This document shows, piece by piece, positions 25,907 through 34,149 of a DNA stretch of 50,345 nucleotides. This DNA is from Bacillota bacterium (GTDB lineage Bacteria > Bacillota > DTU025), in assembly GCA_035351775.1 (NCBI GenBank), contig DAOPWT010000002.1, forward strand, positions 1 to 50,345, read 5' to 3'. The position numbers and the translations under genes were made by a program. The notes beneath the pieces were generated by a model, which saw only the letters and a program-made list of their open reading frames with translations, was not told the origin of the DNA and ran no database searches. The stretch's first letter is position 1. Every line of letters starts with the position of its first letter.

Positions 25907-27486
25907 ATAGTGTAGTCAATGTCAGGGAATATGTTGTCTACCGACTCAAGGTCGCTCACCCATTCATGATCCAGACCCGAACTGCGGATGTCGCTGTAGA
26001 GGCGGTTGAACCTAGATATGTGGGCCTTGGTGCGCTCCACAGCGTAATTCACGCAAGTACCGGCCTTCATGATGAACGCCCAGTCGGAGCTCTGTGCCAG
26101 CATGAGTTCGCGGGCGGCCTGGTTGAGGGCTCGCCGGAGCAGATCGGGCTGTGGCATCGCGTACACGTCGGCGAGCTCGCTCATGCGACGCGCCATCGTG
26201 TGAAGATGCGGGTAGATCCAGTGGTTGCAGTCCGCCAACCACACTTCGTTGTAGCCCATATAGCCCCATGATGACATGGACGGCACGGACACCTGAGCGC
26301 GCGCGCGCTCATCTAGGTAGTCTCCTGGGGTAATGAGCTTGATGGTATTCTGGTCGTAGGCGATCTTTCGTATGACGAACTCCAGGAACTCGGGACCTTC
26401 AAACCACCAGTGTCCGAAGAGCTCAGCATCGTACGGAGCGACGACTATGGGCCCCATGTCCATGACTCGCGCCAAGTGCTCGATCTGCCGCTCGCGGTTG
26501 AACACAAAGTTGCCTGCGTGGCTGGCAGCTTTGTTGATGGCCCATTCCCGCACATATGGTTCCTTGTGTTCCGTGCGGCCGGTGACTCGGTAGTATTTTA
26601 TGCCTGTATGCGTTCTCGCCGGGCAATCTCCCATGAACTGTCGTATGTAGTCCCAGTCCAGATCGTAGGCGATGTCGCGGTAGAACTCCCTGTAATCGAA
26701 GTCACCGGGATACCCCTCATGCGCGCTCCAGACCTGTTTGGATGATTCCATGTCCCGCCCGAAGGCCGCCACGCCCGAAGGGCAGTAGATGGGCGCGTAC
26801 ACCCCATATCTCGGCCTGGGGCTTGCGTTCTCTATGCCGTGCGCATCAGTGAAGAAATATCGGACTCCCGCCTCCCGCAAGTATGCGTCTACGCCAGGGT
26901 AGTACCCGCATTCAGGCAACCACATGCCTCGGGGCCCATGCCCGAATGTGTTGCGGTAGTAGCTAGCGGCCGCGATGATCTGGGCACGGGCCGCAGACGG
27001 ACACACTTCCATGAGCGGCAGATAGCCATGGGTTGCTGCAGTGGTTATCAGCTCTATCCGGCCCTCATCTGCAAGTCGCGCGTACCCTCCTATTACATCG
27101 CCGTGGAGGCCGTCATGGTAGACTGACCTTACATGCTGGAAACGTTCCAGGTACATCTTGGCGGTTTCGTGGAACGCATGTTGCCACCTAGTTCGAGATG
27201 TCTCGAGCTCGGCCAGGCGACACAGGCCGTCCAGAAACTCGGAGAAGCGGGCCTGAAGAAGGGAGTCACGGCACATCGACATCAGTGTGGGGGAGAGCGA
27301 TATCGTGAGGCGGTATGGCACTCCCTCGTCGGCCAGCCGAGCCAACATCGTGTATAGCGGGATATACGTCTCGGTCAGGGCTTCATAGAACCATTTCTCC
27401 TCCAGGTACGCCTCGCCGCGCACGTGGCGAACGTACGGAAGGTGAGCGTGCAGTACTATTGCCAGGTAACCTCGGGGTTCACTCAT
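25864..27486 (-). CDS. GH57 1,4-alpha-glucan branching enzyme (DUF1957-type), paralogue A
   Basis: The motifs are LAIVLHAHLPYVRH, GMWLPECGYYPG (nucleophile Glu), VAPYDAELFGHWWFEG (acid/base Asp) and LAQSSDWAFIM. The 3' end overlaps the convergent gene by 43 nt. Confidence 0.85.
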   Translation of the reverse strand: MSEPRGYLAIVLHAHLPYVRHVRGEAYLEEKWFYEALTETYIPLYTMLARLADEGVPYRLTISLSPTLMSMCRDSLLQARFSEFLDGLCRLAELETSRTRWQHAFHETAKMYLERFQHVRSVYHDGLHGDVIGGYARLADEGRIELITTAATHGYLPLMEVCPSAARAQIIAAASYYRNTFGHGPRGMWLPECGYYPGVDAYLREAGVRYFFTDAHGIENASPRPRYGVYAPIYCPSGVAAFGRDMESSKQVWSAHEGYPGDFDYREFYRDIAYDLDWDYIRQFMGDCPARTHTGIKYYRVTGRTEHKEPYVREWAINKAASHAGNFVFNRERQIEHLARVMDMGPIVVAPYDAELFGHWWFEGPEFLEFVIRKIAYDQNTIKLITPGDYLDERARAQVSVPSMSSWGYMGYNEVWLADCNHWIYPHLHTMARRMSELADVYAMPQPDLLRRALNQAARELMLAQSSDWAFIMKAGTCVNYAVERTKAHISRFNRLYSDIRSSGLDHEWVSDLESVDNIFPDIDYTIYSTSPMASAILDT

Positions 27487-27492
27487 TGCAGA

Positions 27493-28332
27493 TCACCTGC
27501 CGTCCTTCAGCCCTGTTCGGGCAACAGTCCATGACACACAGCGCGACATCAGCCGATCAGCCGACTCGGCGGCCACTTCGATGGGGAGTTCGCCCACTGG
27601 GAGCGCGATCCTCACTGAGAAGGTCCCGTCAGGAGCTGCCTCTACCGGCATACCCGACACACTCACCTGCGATCCCGGCTCTGTTGCACCGTATACTACG
27701 AGCTCCGCATCTGCCCGCAGCCAGTACCGACGCCCGGCCGCTTCCAGGGGGAGAGTCGGCGCGGGCGGGCCCACCGGGCTGGAGACGGCGCCCACTCCTC
27801 CCGATCCCAGAGCGATCTCCCGCGCCCACTCCTCGGCGCGCATTCTCTGGGCCGGCATGCCCGGCGACGCAGCATAGGCCCTGGGGCAGTGCACGAGGGC
27901 TTCCAGTGCATGAATGGAGAGCCATTCCTCGTCGCGAACCAGGGAGGGCCCTACCCGCGGCGTGTGCACCACGTTGGAGCGCGCGATGAACCGGAACTCG
28001 TCGGAGCCGTGTGTCAGACCCAGGTCCACGCAGTATGACCTGTCAGGCTCGCACACGTTTATGTACCAGTTGTTCGCAAAGGGATGGACGTCGATCGCGA
28101 CTTGCTTGGCACAGCCGGCTCCCTCGCGATCGGTCATATCGTTCACCCTGAGAGTGAGGCGACTGCTCGAGATGCTCTCTCCGAGCTCGCGGGCGAGGTC
28201 AAGCGCCGTCTCCCTGGATATCGCCCAGTAAGCGTGCATCCAGAACGGATCGCGAACCTGCAGAACAATCCGGGTTTCGTCGTAGCCATCAGGTACCTGG
28301 CACGCATTCACCTCGCCGCCCAAGCCGTGCAC
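27493..28332 (-). CDS. DUF4912 domain protein (function unknown)
   Basis: The GTG at 28332 follows GAGGAGG. The sequence TRIVLQVRDPFWMHAYWAIS...LTLRV...WYINV, plus the C-terminal ELVVYGATEPGSQVSVSGMPVEAAPDGTFSVRIALPVGE, matches my recollection of the DUF4912 family. It lies 6 nt upstream of GH57 paralogue A on the same strand. Confidence 0.7.
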   Translation of the reverse strand: MHGLGGEVNACQVPDGYDETRIVLQVRDPFWMHAYWAISRETALDLARELGESISSSRLTLRVNDMTDREGAGCAKQVAIDVHPFANNWYINVCEPDRSYCVDLGLTHGSDEFRFIARSNVVHTPRVGPSLVRDEEWLSIHALEALVHCPRAYAASPGMPAQRMRAEEWAREIALGSGGVGAVSSPVGPPAPTLPLEAAGRRYWLRADAELVVYGATEPGSQVSVSGMPVEAAPDGTFSVRIALPVGELPIEVAAESADRLMSRCVSWTVARTGLKDGR

Positions 28333-28396
28333 GAAAGGACCTCCTCACGACACCGAAACGCAATCTCTCTTGTATTCTGTCCGGCCCTAACCGGGG

Positions 28397-28413
28397 CTAT
28401 CCCGCCGGGATAG
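28397..28413. promoter_or_regulatory. 7-3-7 inverted repeat in the divergent promoter region of the two GH57 operons (candidate operator)
   Basis: The repeat is CTATCCC-GCC-GGGATAG. It lies between the divergent starts at 28332 (-) and 28462 (+). Confidence 0.2.
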
Positions 28414-28461
28414 TGCTCGGCGGTTGGGTAAGAATACTTCATGCTGAGGGAGGTGTGGCAT

Positions 28462-30063
28462 ATGTCGTCTTGTGGCTCATTTGCCCTGGTGCTTCATTCA
28501 CACATCCCATACTGTCGCAAGTCAGGCGTTTGGCCTTTTGGCGAAGAATGGGTGTTTGAGGCGATGGCTGAGACATACATACCAATCATCGATATGCTGT
28601 CGGCAACCGAGGACAACGGGTTCGAGCCGCGTATCGCGGTTAGTTTATCCCCGGTTCTTGCGGAGCAGCTGGCAGATTGCTACATGAAGTCTCGGTTTCT
28701 GGAATACGCTGAAATGCGGAAGAAGGCCGCGGTGCATGATGCTGAGAGATACGAGTCTGAGCATGATGACAGGTTAGCCCTGCTGGCTGCGGAATACGCA
28801 GAGTACTACGAGTACGTGGCAGACAGATTCTCGAACCACTACGGTGGCGACCTACTGAGCGCCATTGCCAGCCTGGCGTCGCGCGGCATGATCGAGCTTC
28901 TCGCTACGGCTGCGACACATGCCTACCTGCCGCTGCTGTCAGAGGAGCGAGCGCGCGTTCAGATGAGGTTGGGCTGCGAAGCGTGCGAGCGCCACTTCGG
29001 CGTCAGACCCAGAGGGGCGTGGCTTCCAGAATGCGGCTATCGGCCGGGGGCCATCGAGCGGCTGTTGACTGAGTGCGGCATAGACTACTTCATAGTCGAC
29101 ACGCACGCTGTCGCGGCAGGTGCAGTAAGGCAGGTATACGGGGCTGAGGCTAAGTGCTCGGGAGCTGCTCCCGCTGGGTATTGCGTCAGCCCGAGTATGG
29201 CGGCGCTCAGGCCATACATGCTCGCTGGCTCCCAAGTGTCGGTGTTTGCCCGGGATGAGGTCACTGCGGCTCAGGTGTGGTCGAGGGAAACGGGGTATCC
29301 GGGCGATGGCAACTACCGCGAGTTCCACAGGCGAGACAGCGTCTCAGGCCTGCAGTACTGGCGTGTCACAAGCAAACTCCTGGATCTTGGCCAGAAGCAG
29401 CTGTACGATCCTGTGGTCGCGAACGAGACTGCCCAGGAACACGCCAGGCATTTCGTGGAACTCGTTGCGGCGAGGCTCGCGAGATATCAGGACGCGTGCG
29501 GTGAACCGGGGTTGATAGTGGCCCCGTATGACATGGAGCTGTTCGGGCATTGGTGGCATGAGGGCACAGCCTGGCTCAGACACGTGCTCACCATGCTGGC
29601 GCGCGACGAACGCGTGGCACTCACCACTCCCGGTGCTTACTTGGCCTCCCACCGGCCTACAGGGAAGATAAGCATGTCGGAGTGCTCCTGGGGGCACGGC
29701 GGCAGGCACGGTACGTGGGCTAATGCCGACACCGAGTGGATGTGGGAGTCGCTGGCCCGCGCGGAGGCACTTCATCGTTCCCTTTCAAACAAGCGCGACA
29801 CACTTCGAGGAACGTTCCTGGCCATGGCGGATCAGGCCGGCCGGGAGCTGATTCTGCTGGAGGCAAGCGACTGGCCGTTTCTGGTCACTACCAGGCAGGC
29901 AAAGGAGTACGCCGAGGAGCGCTTCTTGCGTCACCTGGGAGACTTCGAGGCGCTGGCCGGCGCCGCCCTGAGCGGGGTTGACGACGATGCGGCAATGGCC
30001 GTTCTCACTTCCGCCGCTTCGCGCGACTCGCTCTTCGCCTGGGTCGACAGCGAGAAACTATGA
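28462..30063 (+). CDS. GH57 1,4-alpha-glucan branching enzyme, paralogue B (Thermus TTHA1902-like subtype)
   Basis: The ATG at 28462 lies 7 nt after GGGAGGTG. The motifs are FALVLHSHIPYCRKSGVWPFGEEW, GAWLPECGYRPG, VAPYDMELFGHWWHEG and LLEASDWPFLV. Confidence 0.85.
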   Translation: MSSCGSFALVLHSHIPYCRKSGVWPFGEEWVFEAMAETYIPIIDMLSATEDNGFEPRIAVSLSPVLAEQLADCYMKSRFLEYAEMRKKAAVHDAERYESEHDDRLALLAAEYAEYYEYVADRFSNHYGGDLLSAIASLASRGMIELLATAATHAYLPLLSEERARVQMRLGCEACERHFGVRPRGAWLPECGYRPGAIERLLTECGIDYFIVDTHAVAAGAVRQVYGAEAKCSGAAPAGYCVSPSMAALRPYMLAGSQVSVFARDEVTAAQVWSRETGYPGDGNYREFHRRDSVSGLQYWRVTSKLLDLGQKQLYDPVVANETAQEHARHFVELVAARLARYQDACGEPGLIVAPYDMELFGHWWHEGTAWLRHVLTMLARDERVALTTPGAYLASHRPTGKISMSECSWGHGGRHGTWANADTEWMWESLARAEALHRSLSNKRDTLRGTFLAMADQAGRELILLEASDWPFLVTTRQAKEYAEERFLRHLGDFEALAGAALSGVDDDAAMAVLTSAASRDSLFAWVDSEKL

Positions 30064-30899
30064 TATACTCTGAGATGCAATCTACGGAGGTGAGGTGCGC
30101 CGCAATGATTGACCTGACTCTGGCTTCGGGCCTTCCCATAGCTTTGGGAGACGACTTAAAGCTTGTCTTTTCCGATCCGCTGCCCGACGTTGCGCCGGCA
30201 GTGCGCAAAGACACCGACATGATGGATGTGTGGCTATCGCCAGACAAGGCTGAGGGCAGAGAGATCTACTACATGTACAGAGATGTACGCCTTCCCGAGC
30301 ATGAAGAGCTCATACGGGAAAGTGGCCTCAGGTACGACGTCACTATCATCCTGCCGGGCAGGGTAGGCCACGAGTTCATCAAGACTGCCGGTCACTATCA
30401 TCCGGCGAAGCCTGGCTCGAAAACTACATACCCTGAGGTCTATGAGGTCCTGTATGGGGTGGCGCACTACCTGCTTCAGCGCGCCGATGCAAGTTCCGGC
30501 GATATTGTCGATGCAGTGCTCATCGAGGCCGAGGCAGGCGACAAGGTGATCATCCCGCCGATGTACGGGCACATCACCATGAACCCGTCTTCCGAGCCTT
30601 TGGTCATGTCGAACTGGGTTGCGGCCGATTTTGCATCCGAGTACGGGATGATCAAAAGACACAGAGGCGGTGCATACTTTGAAATAGACGAGACAGCCGG
30701 CGCCAGTCGACTCATCCCGAACAAGCGACATGAAGGAGTCGCTCCTTTGAGGGGCCTCGACCCTCGTGACCTGCCCACATTGGCCCTTATGAGTGGATAC
30801 CCCATGTATCAGGCTTTCGTGGACTCCCCCGATAAGTTCGATTGGCTCGTTCAGCCTGAGCAGTTCGAGCAGGAACTCGCGTTCGTTATCGGCAGGTAG
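30060..30899 (+). CDS. Cupin-type (archaeal-type) glucose-6-phosphate isomerase family protein
   Basis: The start/stop overlap with GH57-B is ATGA. The motifs TAGHYH, EVYEVLYG and VIIPPMYGHITMN parallel the Pyrococcus cPGI motifs TKGHFH / EVY / PPYWAHRTVN. The N-terminus is longer than in the archaeal enzymes. Confidence 0.7.
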   Translation: MIYSEMQSTEVRCAAMIDLTLASGLPIALGDDLKLVFSDPLPDVAPAVRKDTDMMDVWLSPDKAEGREIYYMYRDVRLPEHEELIRESGLRYDVTIILPGRVGHEFIKTAGHYHPAKPGSKTTYPEVYEVLYGVAHYLLQRADASSGDIVDAVLIEAEAGDKVIIPPMYGHITMNPSSEPLVMSNWVAADFASEYGMIKRHRGGAYFEIDETAGASRLIPNKRHEGVAPLRGLDPRDLPTLALMSGYPMYQAFVDSPDKFDWLVQPEQFEQELAFVIGR

Positions 30900-30921
30900 A
30901 CATCGGGGCGAGGTGAAGCCA

Positions 30922-31899
30922 ATGAGTCATGCGGTGGAACCGCGAGTCGTCGCACTGGGCGGCGGAACGGGTCTTTCTACCCTTCTCAGGGGACTGAAAC
31001 GTCACACCGGCAGTATTACGGCTATTGTCACCGTCACCGATGACGGTGGCAGCTCCGGCAGGCTCCGTGCGGAGATGGGAGTGCTTCCTCCGGGCGACAT
31101 ACGCAACTGCCTAGTGGCCTTGGCCGACGCAGAACCCCTCATGAAACAGCTCTTCGATTACCGGTTCAATAGTGGAGGTCCGCTCTCAGGTCACAACTTC
31201 GGAAACCTGTTCATAGCTGCGATGAGCGAGATAATGGGCGACTTCGAACTGGCAGTAAAGGAATCCAGCAGGGTCCTTCTGGTCAGGGGCGAAGTGCTCC
31301 CCGCCACTTTGGATGATTGCATTCTGGGCGCGTTGTTGAGTGGCGGGCGAGAGGTCCTTGGCGAAACGTCAGTAGGCACCAGCACGTCCAGGATCGACCG
31401 AGTGTTCCTACGTCCCGAAGGTCCTAAGCCTCTGCCGGAGGCATTGCGCGCCATATCGGAGGCCGATGCGATTGTGCTCGGCCCGGGCAGCCTGTACACT
31501 AGTGTCATGCCGAATCTGCTCGTGGATGGAATGGCGGACGCGATCGCCTCGTCCAAAGCGGTCAAGATATACGTGTGCAACGTAATGACTGAGCCTGGCG
31601 AGACGCAGGGCTATGCCGCCCAGGATCACCTGGCTGCCATTTTCCGTCATGCCGGGCCGGATGTCGTTGACTGGATCATCATCAATGATGCTCCCATAAG
31701 TGATGGAATGATGCGAAAATACTCGCACGAAGGCGCTGAACCGGTAGGATGGGACAGAAAGGTTCTCGAGTCGATGGGAGTACGGGTGGTGGAGGGGCCA
31801 GTTGCAAGCCAGACCGAGTTGGTCAGGCATGACCCCGACGCGATCGCGCGGGAAGTCATGGCTCTGGTCGCGCGAAAGAAGCGTTTTATGGATGAGTGA
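30922..31899 (+). CDS. yvcK: Gluconeogenesis factor YvcK (UPF0052/CofD-like)
   Basis: Trimmed to the ATG at 30922. The motifs are VVALGGGTGLSTLLRGLK, TVTDDGGSSGRLR, PPGDIRNCLVALA and GPGSLYTSVMPNLLV. Confidence 0.9.
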   Translation: MSHAVEPRVVALGGGTGLSTLLRGLKRHTGSITAIVTVTDDGGSSGRLRAEMGVLPPGDIRNCLVALADAEPLMKQLFDYRFNSGGPLSGHNFGNLFIAAMSEIMGDFELAVKESSRVLLVRGEVLPATLDDCILGALLSGGREVLGETSVGTSTSRIDRVFLRPEGPKPLPEALRAISEADAIVLGPGSLYTSVMPNLLVDGMADAIASSKAVKIYVCNVMTEPGETQGYAAQDHLAAIFRHAGPDVVDWIIINDAPISDGMMRKYSHEGAEPVGWDRKVLESMGVRVVEGPVASQTELVRHDPDAIAREVMALVARKKRFMDE

Positions 31900-32416
31900 A
31901 CTTCGAGATGAACACGGCCGTCAGGAAGCCTGTGAGGCTGGCGAGCAGCGCAGCGGGCACTGTGTGGCGCGTGTGCGTTATTCCGACTGAGCCGAAGTAC
32001 AGCCCGATGATGTAGAGGGACGTATCTGCCGAACCCTGTATGACAGACGCCAGTAATCCCTCAGCTGAATCTGGCCCGTAGGCTGCCAGAAGCTTGGCCA
32101 AGTATCCCAGGGCTCCCGAGCCTGATATGGGCCGCAGCGCGGCAAGGATCATGAGATCAGGGTGTACTCCGAGGGCGCGCGCCACGGGCAAGAGGGCGCG
32201 CGCTGCTGCATTTAGCGCTCCTGAATCGCGGAACATCCCCACAGCGACGAACATGGCGATCATCGCCGGGGCAATGCGCAATGTCGTTCTGAGGCCGTCG
32301 GATACGCCGGCGATAAAACAGCCATATACGTCAACCCCCCGGGCGACGCCGTACACGGGTATTCCCACGAGCAGTGAAAGCACAACATAATAGGGCAGGG
32401 ACGCAAGATATCTCAT
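31886..32416 (-). CDS. spmB: Spore maturation protein B
   Basis: This is a nucleoside-recognition-type membrane protein (IPVYGVARGVDVYGCFIAGV...SGSGALG...YFGSVGI). Its ATG at 32416 overlaps the spmA stop (TGATG). Its 3' end overlaps yvcK by 14 nt. Confidence 0.8.
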   Translation of the reverse strand: MRYLASLPYYVVLSLLVGIPVYGVARGVDVYGCFIAGVSDGLRTTLRIAPAMIAMFVAVGMFRDSGALNAAARALLPVARALGVHPDLMILAALRPISGSGALGYLAKLLAAYGPDSAEGLLASVIQGSADTSLYIIGLYFGSVGITHTRHTVPAALLASLTGFLTAVFISKFTHP

Positions 32417-33000
32417 CAGTTCCTTCGACCTCTCTTCCTGAGGATGAAGTCGACAGCCACTGCAGCTGCGGTGGAACACGAAGTGGCGAGGATCGTAGCT
32501 CCTATGACGGCGGCTGGATCAGCCGAGCCCGTTTCGGCTCTGAGGGAGATTATGGTCGTCGGAACCAGCGTGAGGCTGGAGGCGGTGATAATGATGAAGG
32601 TGCACATGGCGTCAGTGGGTTCAGCCCCGGAACGGCTTTCGGCAGCCAGCTGTTGCATGGCCGCAAGGCCCAGTGGGGTGGCTGCCGCGCCCAGCCCAAG
32701 AAGATTCGCAGCCATGCTTGCGGCTATGAGCGGCATCGATTTCGACCTCGGTCCAAGCTCGGGGAAGAGCGGCCCGATGATGGGCCGGATTGCTGAGGCC
32801 AGTAGAGCTGTGAGCCCGGACTGCTGCGCTATTTGGGCCATGCCCGACCAAAGACCTATCGAGCCGGCCAATGCCAGGCAAAGCTGCACAGCCTCCTTTG
32901 CCGAGGAGATGGCCATCGGGGCAACACTCGCGGGCCCACGCACAACCGTCGCCCAGACCGTGCCGATTGCCAGCATGGCGACCCACACAATACTCATCAT
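32416..33000 (-). CDS. spmA: Spore maturation protein A
   Basis: The ATG at 33000 lies 7 nt after GGAGGAAAAGG. MMSIVWVAMLAIGTVWATV parallels the B. subtilis SpmA N-terminus. LLGLGAAATPLGLAAMQQL is also present. Confidence 0.8.
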   Translation of the reverse strand: MMSIVWVAMLAIGTVWATVVRGPASVAPMAISSAKEAVQLCLALAGSIGLWSGMAQIAQQSGLTALLASAIRPIIGPLFPELGPRSKSMPLIAASMAANLLGLGAAATPLGLAAMQQLAAESRSGAEPTDAMCTFIIITASSLTLVPTTIISLRAETGSADPAAVIGATILATSCSTAAAVAVDFILRKRGRRN

Positions 33001-33165
33001 GCCTTTTCCTCCAAGTACCGGCCGGGCGGATTGAGACATGCGCTACCGCTCCATCGTATTCATGGTCTCTGGGCAAGTATGCGCGGGCCACCCTCATGCA
33101 GATGAAGGGAATCGCCAAGTTGGCGAGGAATAGAGACAGTGCTGCGCCCGGGGAGTGATTACTAA

Positions 33166-34143
33166 GTGGACTTCTACTCGCTCATGAAAGACGAACTAGT
33201 TCGGGCCATGCCCGAGCGTGATTGCTGTCGCGTGGCTGAGATATCGGCGCTGCTCCTTGCGGACGGTGTGATCCGGACCTCAGAAGGACATGTGAGCATA
33301 GTGATCGCTGAGACCCATGCGGGCGTGGCGCGAAAGGTCGTCTCACTCATTCGCGATCTGCAGTGGCCGGCTGCGGAGCGTCCGAGTGTGGAGGTGGCCG
33401 TCCGTAATCGAAAGCGGAAGGGCGCCCCTCGTGGCAATCTCTACTTGGTCCGCATAGCAAACCACAATGAGGCCGTCGATCTCACGGGCCTACTGGGCCT
33501 GGGCCCTGCCCGGCACGACAGTGACCTTGTGCGCGGTGTGGAGCCTCACATAGTCGCCAGGCGCTGCTGCAAGCGGGCGTACATTCGCGGCGTCTTCCTC
33601 GGGGCAGGCTACATGACCGATCCTTCGAAAGGGTACCATCTGGAGATAGCGATTCGGGGCCCGGAGCATGCGCAGTTCATTTCGGATCTTCTTCGTGAGT
33701 TCGGTATTCGCGCAGGGATAGTGCCCCGCCGAGGGCGAAGCGTGGTGTATGTCAAAGACGGCGACGATATCGTGGAATTGCTCCGCGTGATGCAGGCGTC
33801 CAGCGCGCTCCTAGAGCTTGAGAACGCGCGGATCCTGAGGTCGATCCGCGGCGACGTCAACCGCCTAGTCAATGCGGAGAATGCTAACCTGTCCAAGACT
33901 GTGGACGCTTCCTTGGGTCAGATACGCGATATTGAGCTCATAGACGACGTGATGGGCATCAGGAGGCTTCCCCCTGCTCTTGCTGCAGCGGCCCGCCTGA
34001 GGCTCGAAAATCCGGAGGCCAGCCTCACAGAGCTTGGAGCCATGCTGTCGCCGCCTGTGAGCAAGTCGGGCGTTAACCACCGCATGCGCAGGATTGCGCG
34101 GATAGCTGATGACATTCGCCTGACACGCAGGCGCGAGAGGTGA
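33166..34143 (+). CDS. whiA: DNA-binding sporulation/cell-division regulator WhiA
   Basis: The N-terminus FYSLMKDELVR..ERDCCRVAEISALL is WhiA-like, followed by a LAGLIDADG-like middle region. The C-terminal HTH is LTELGAMLSPPVSKSGVNHRMRRI. Confidence 0.9.
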   Translation: MDFYSLMKDELVRAMPERDCCRVAEISALLLADGVIRTSEGHVSIVIAETHAGVARKVVSLIRDLQWPAAERPSVEVAVRNRKRKGAPRGNLYLVRIANHNEAVDLTGLLGLGPARHDSDLVRGVEPHIVARRCCKRAYIRGVFLGAGYMTDPSKGYHLEIAIRGPEHAQFISDLLREFGIRAGIVPRRGRSVVYVKDGDDIVELLRVMQASSALLELENARILRSIRGDVNRLVNAENANLSKTVDASLGQIRDIELIDDVMGIRRLPPALAAAARLRLENPEASLTELGAMLSPPVSKSGVNHRMRRIARIADDIRLTRRRER

Positions 34144-34149
34144 TGCCCC

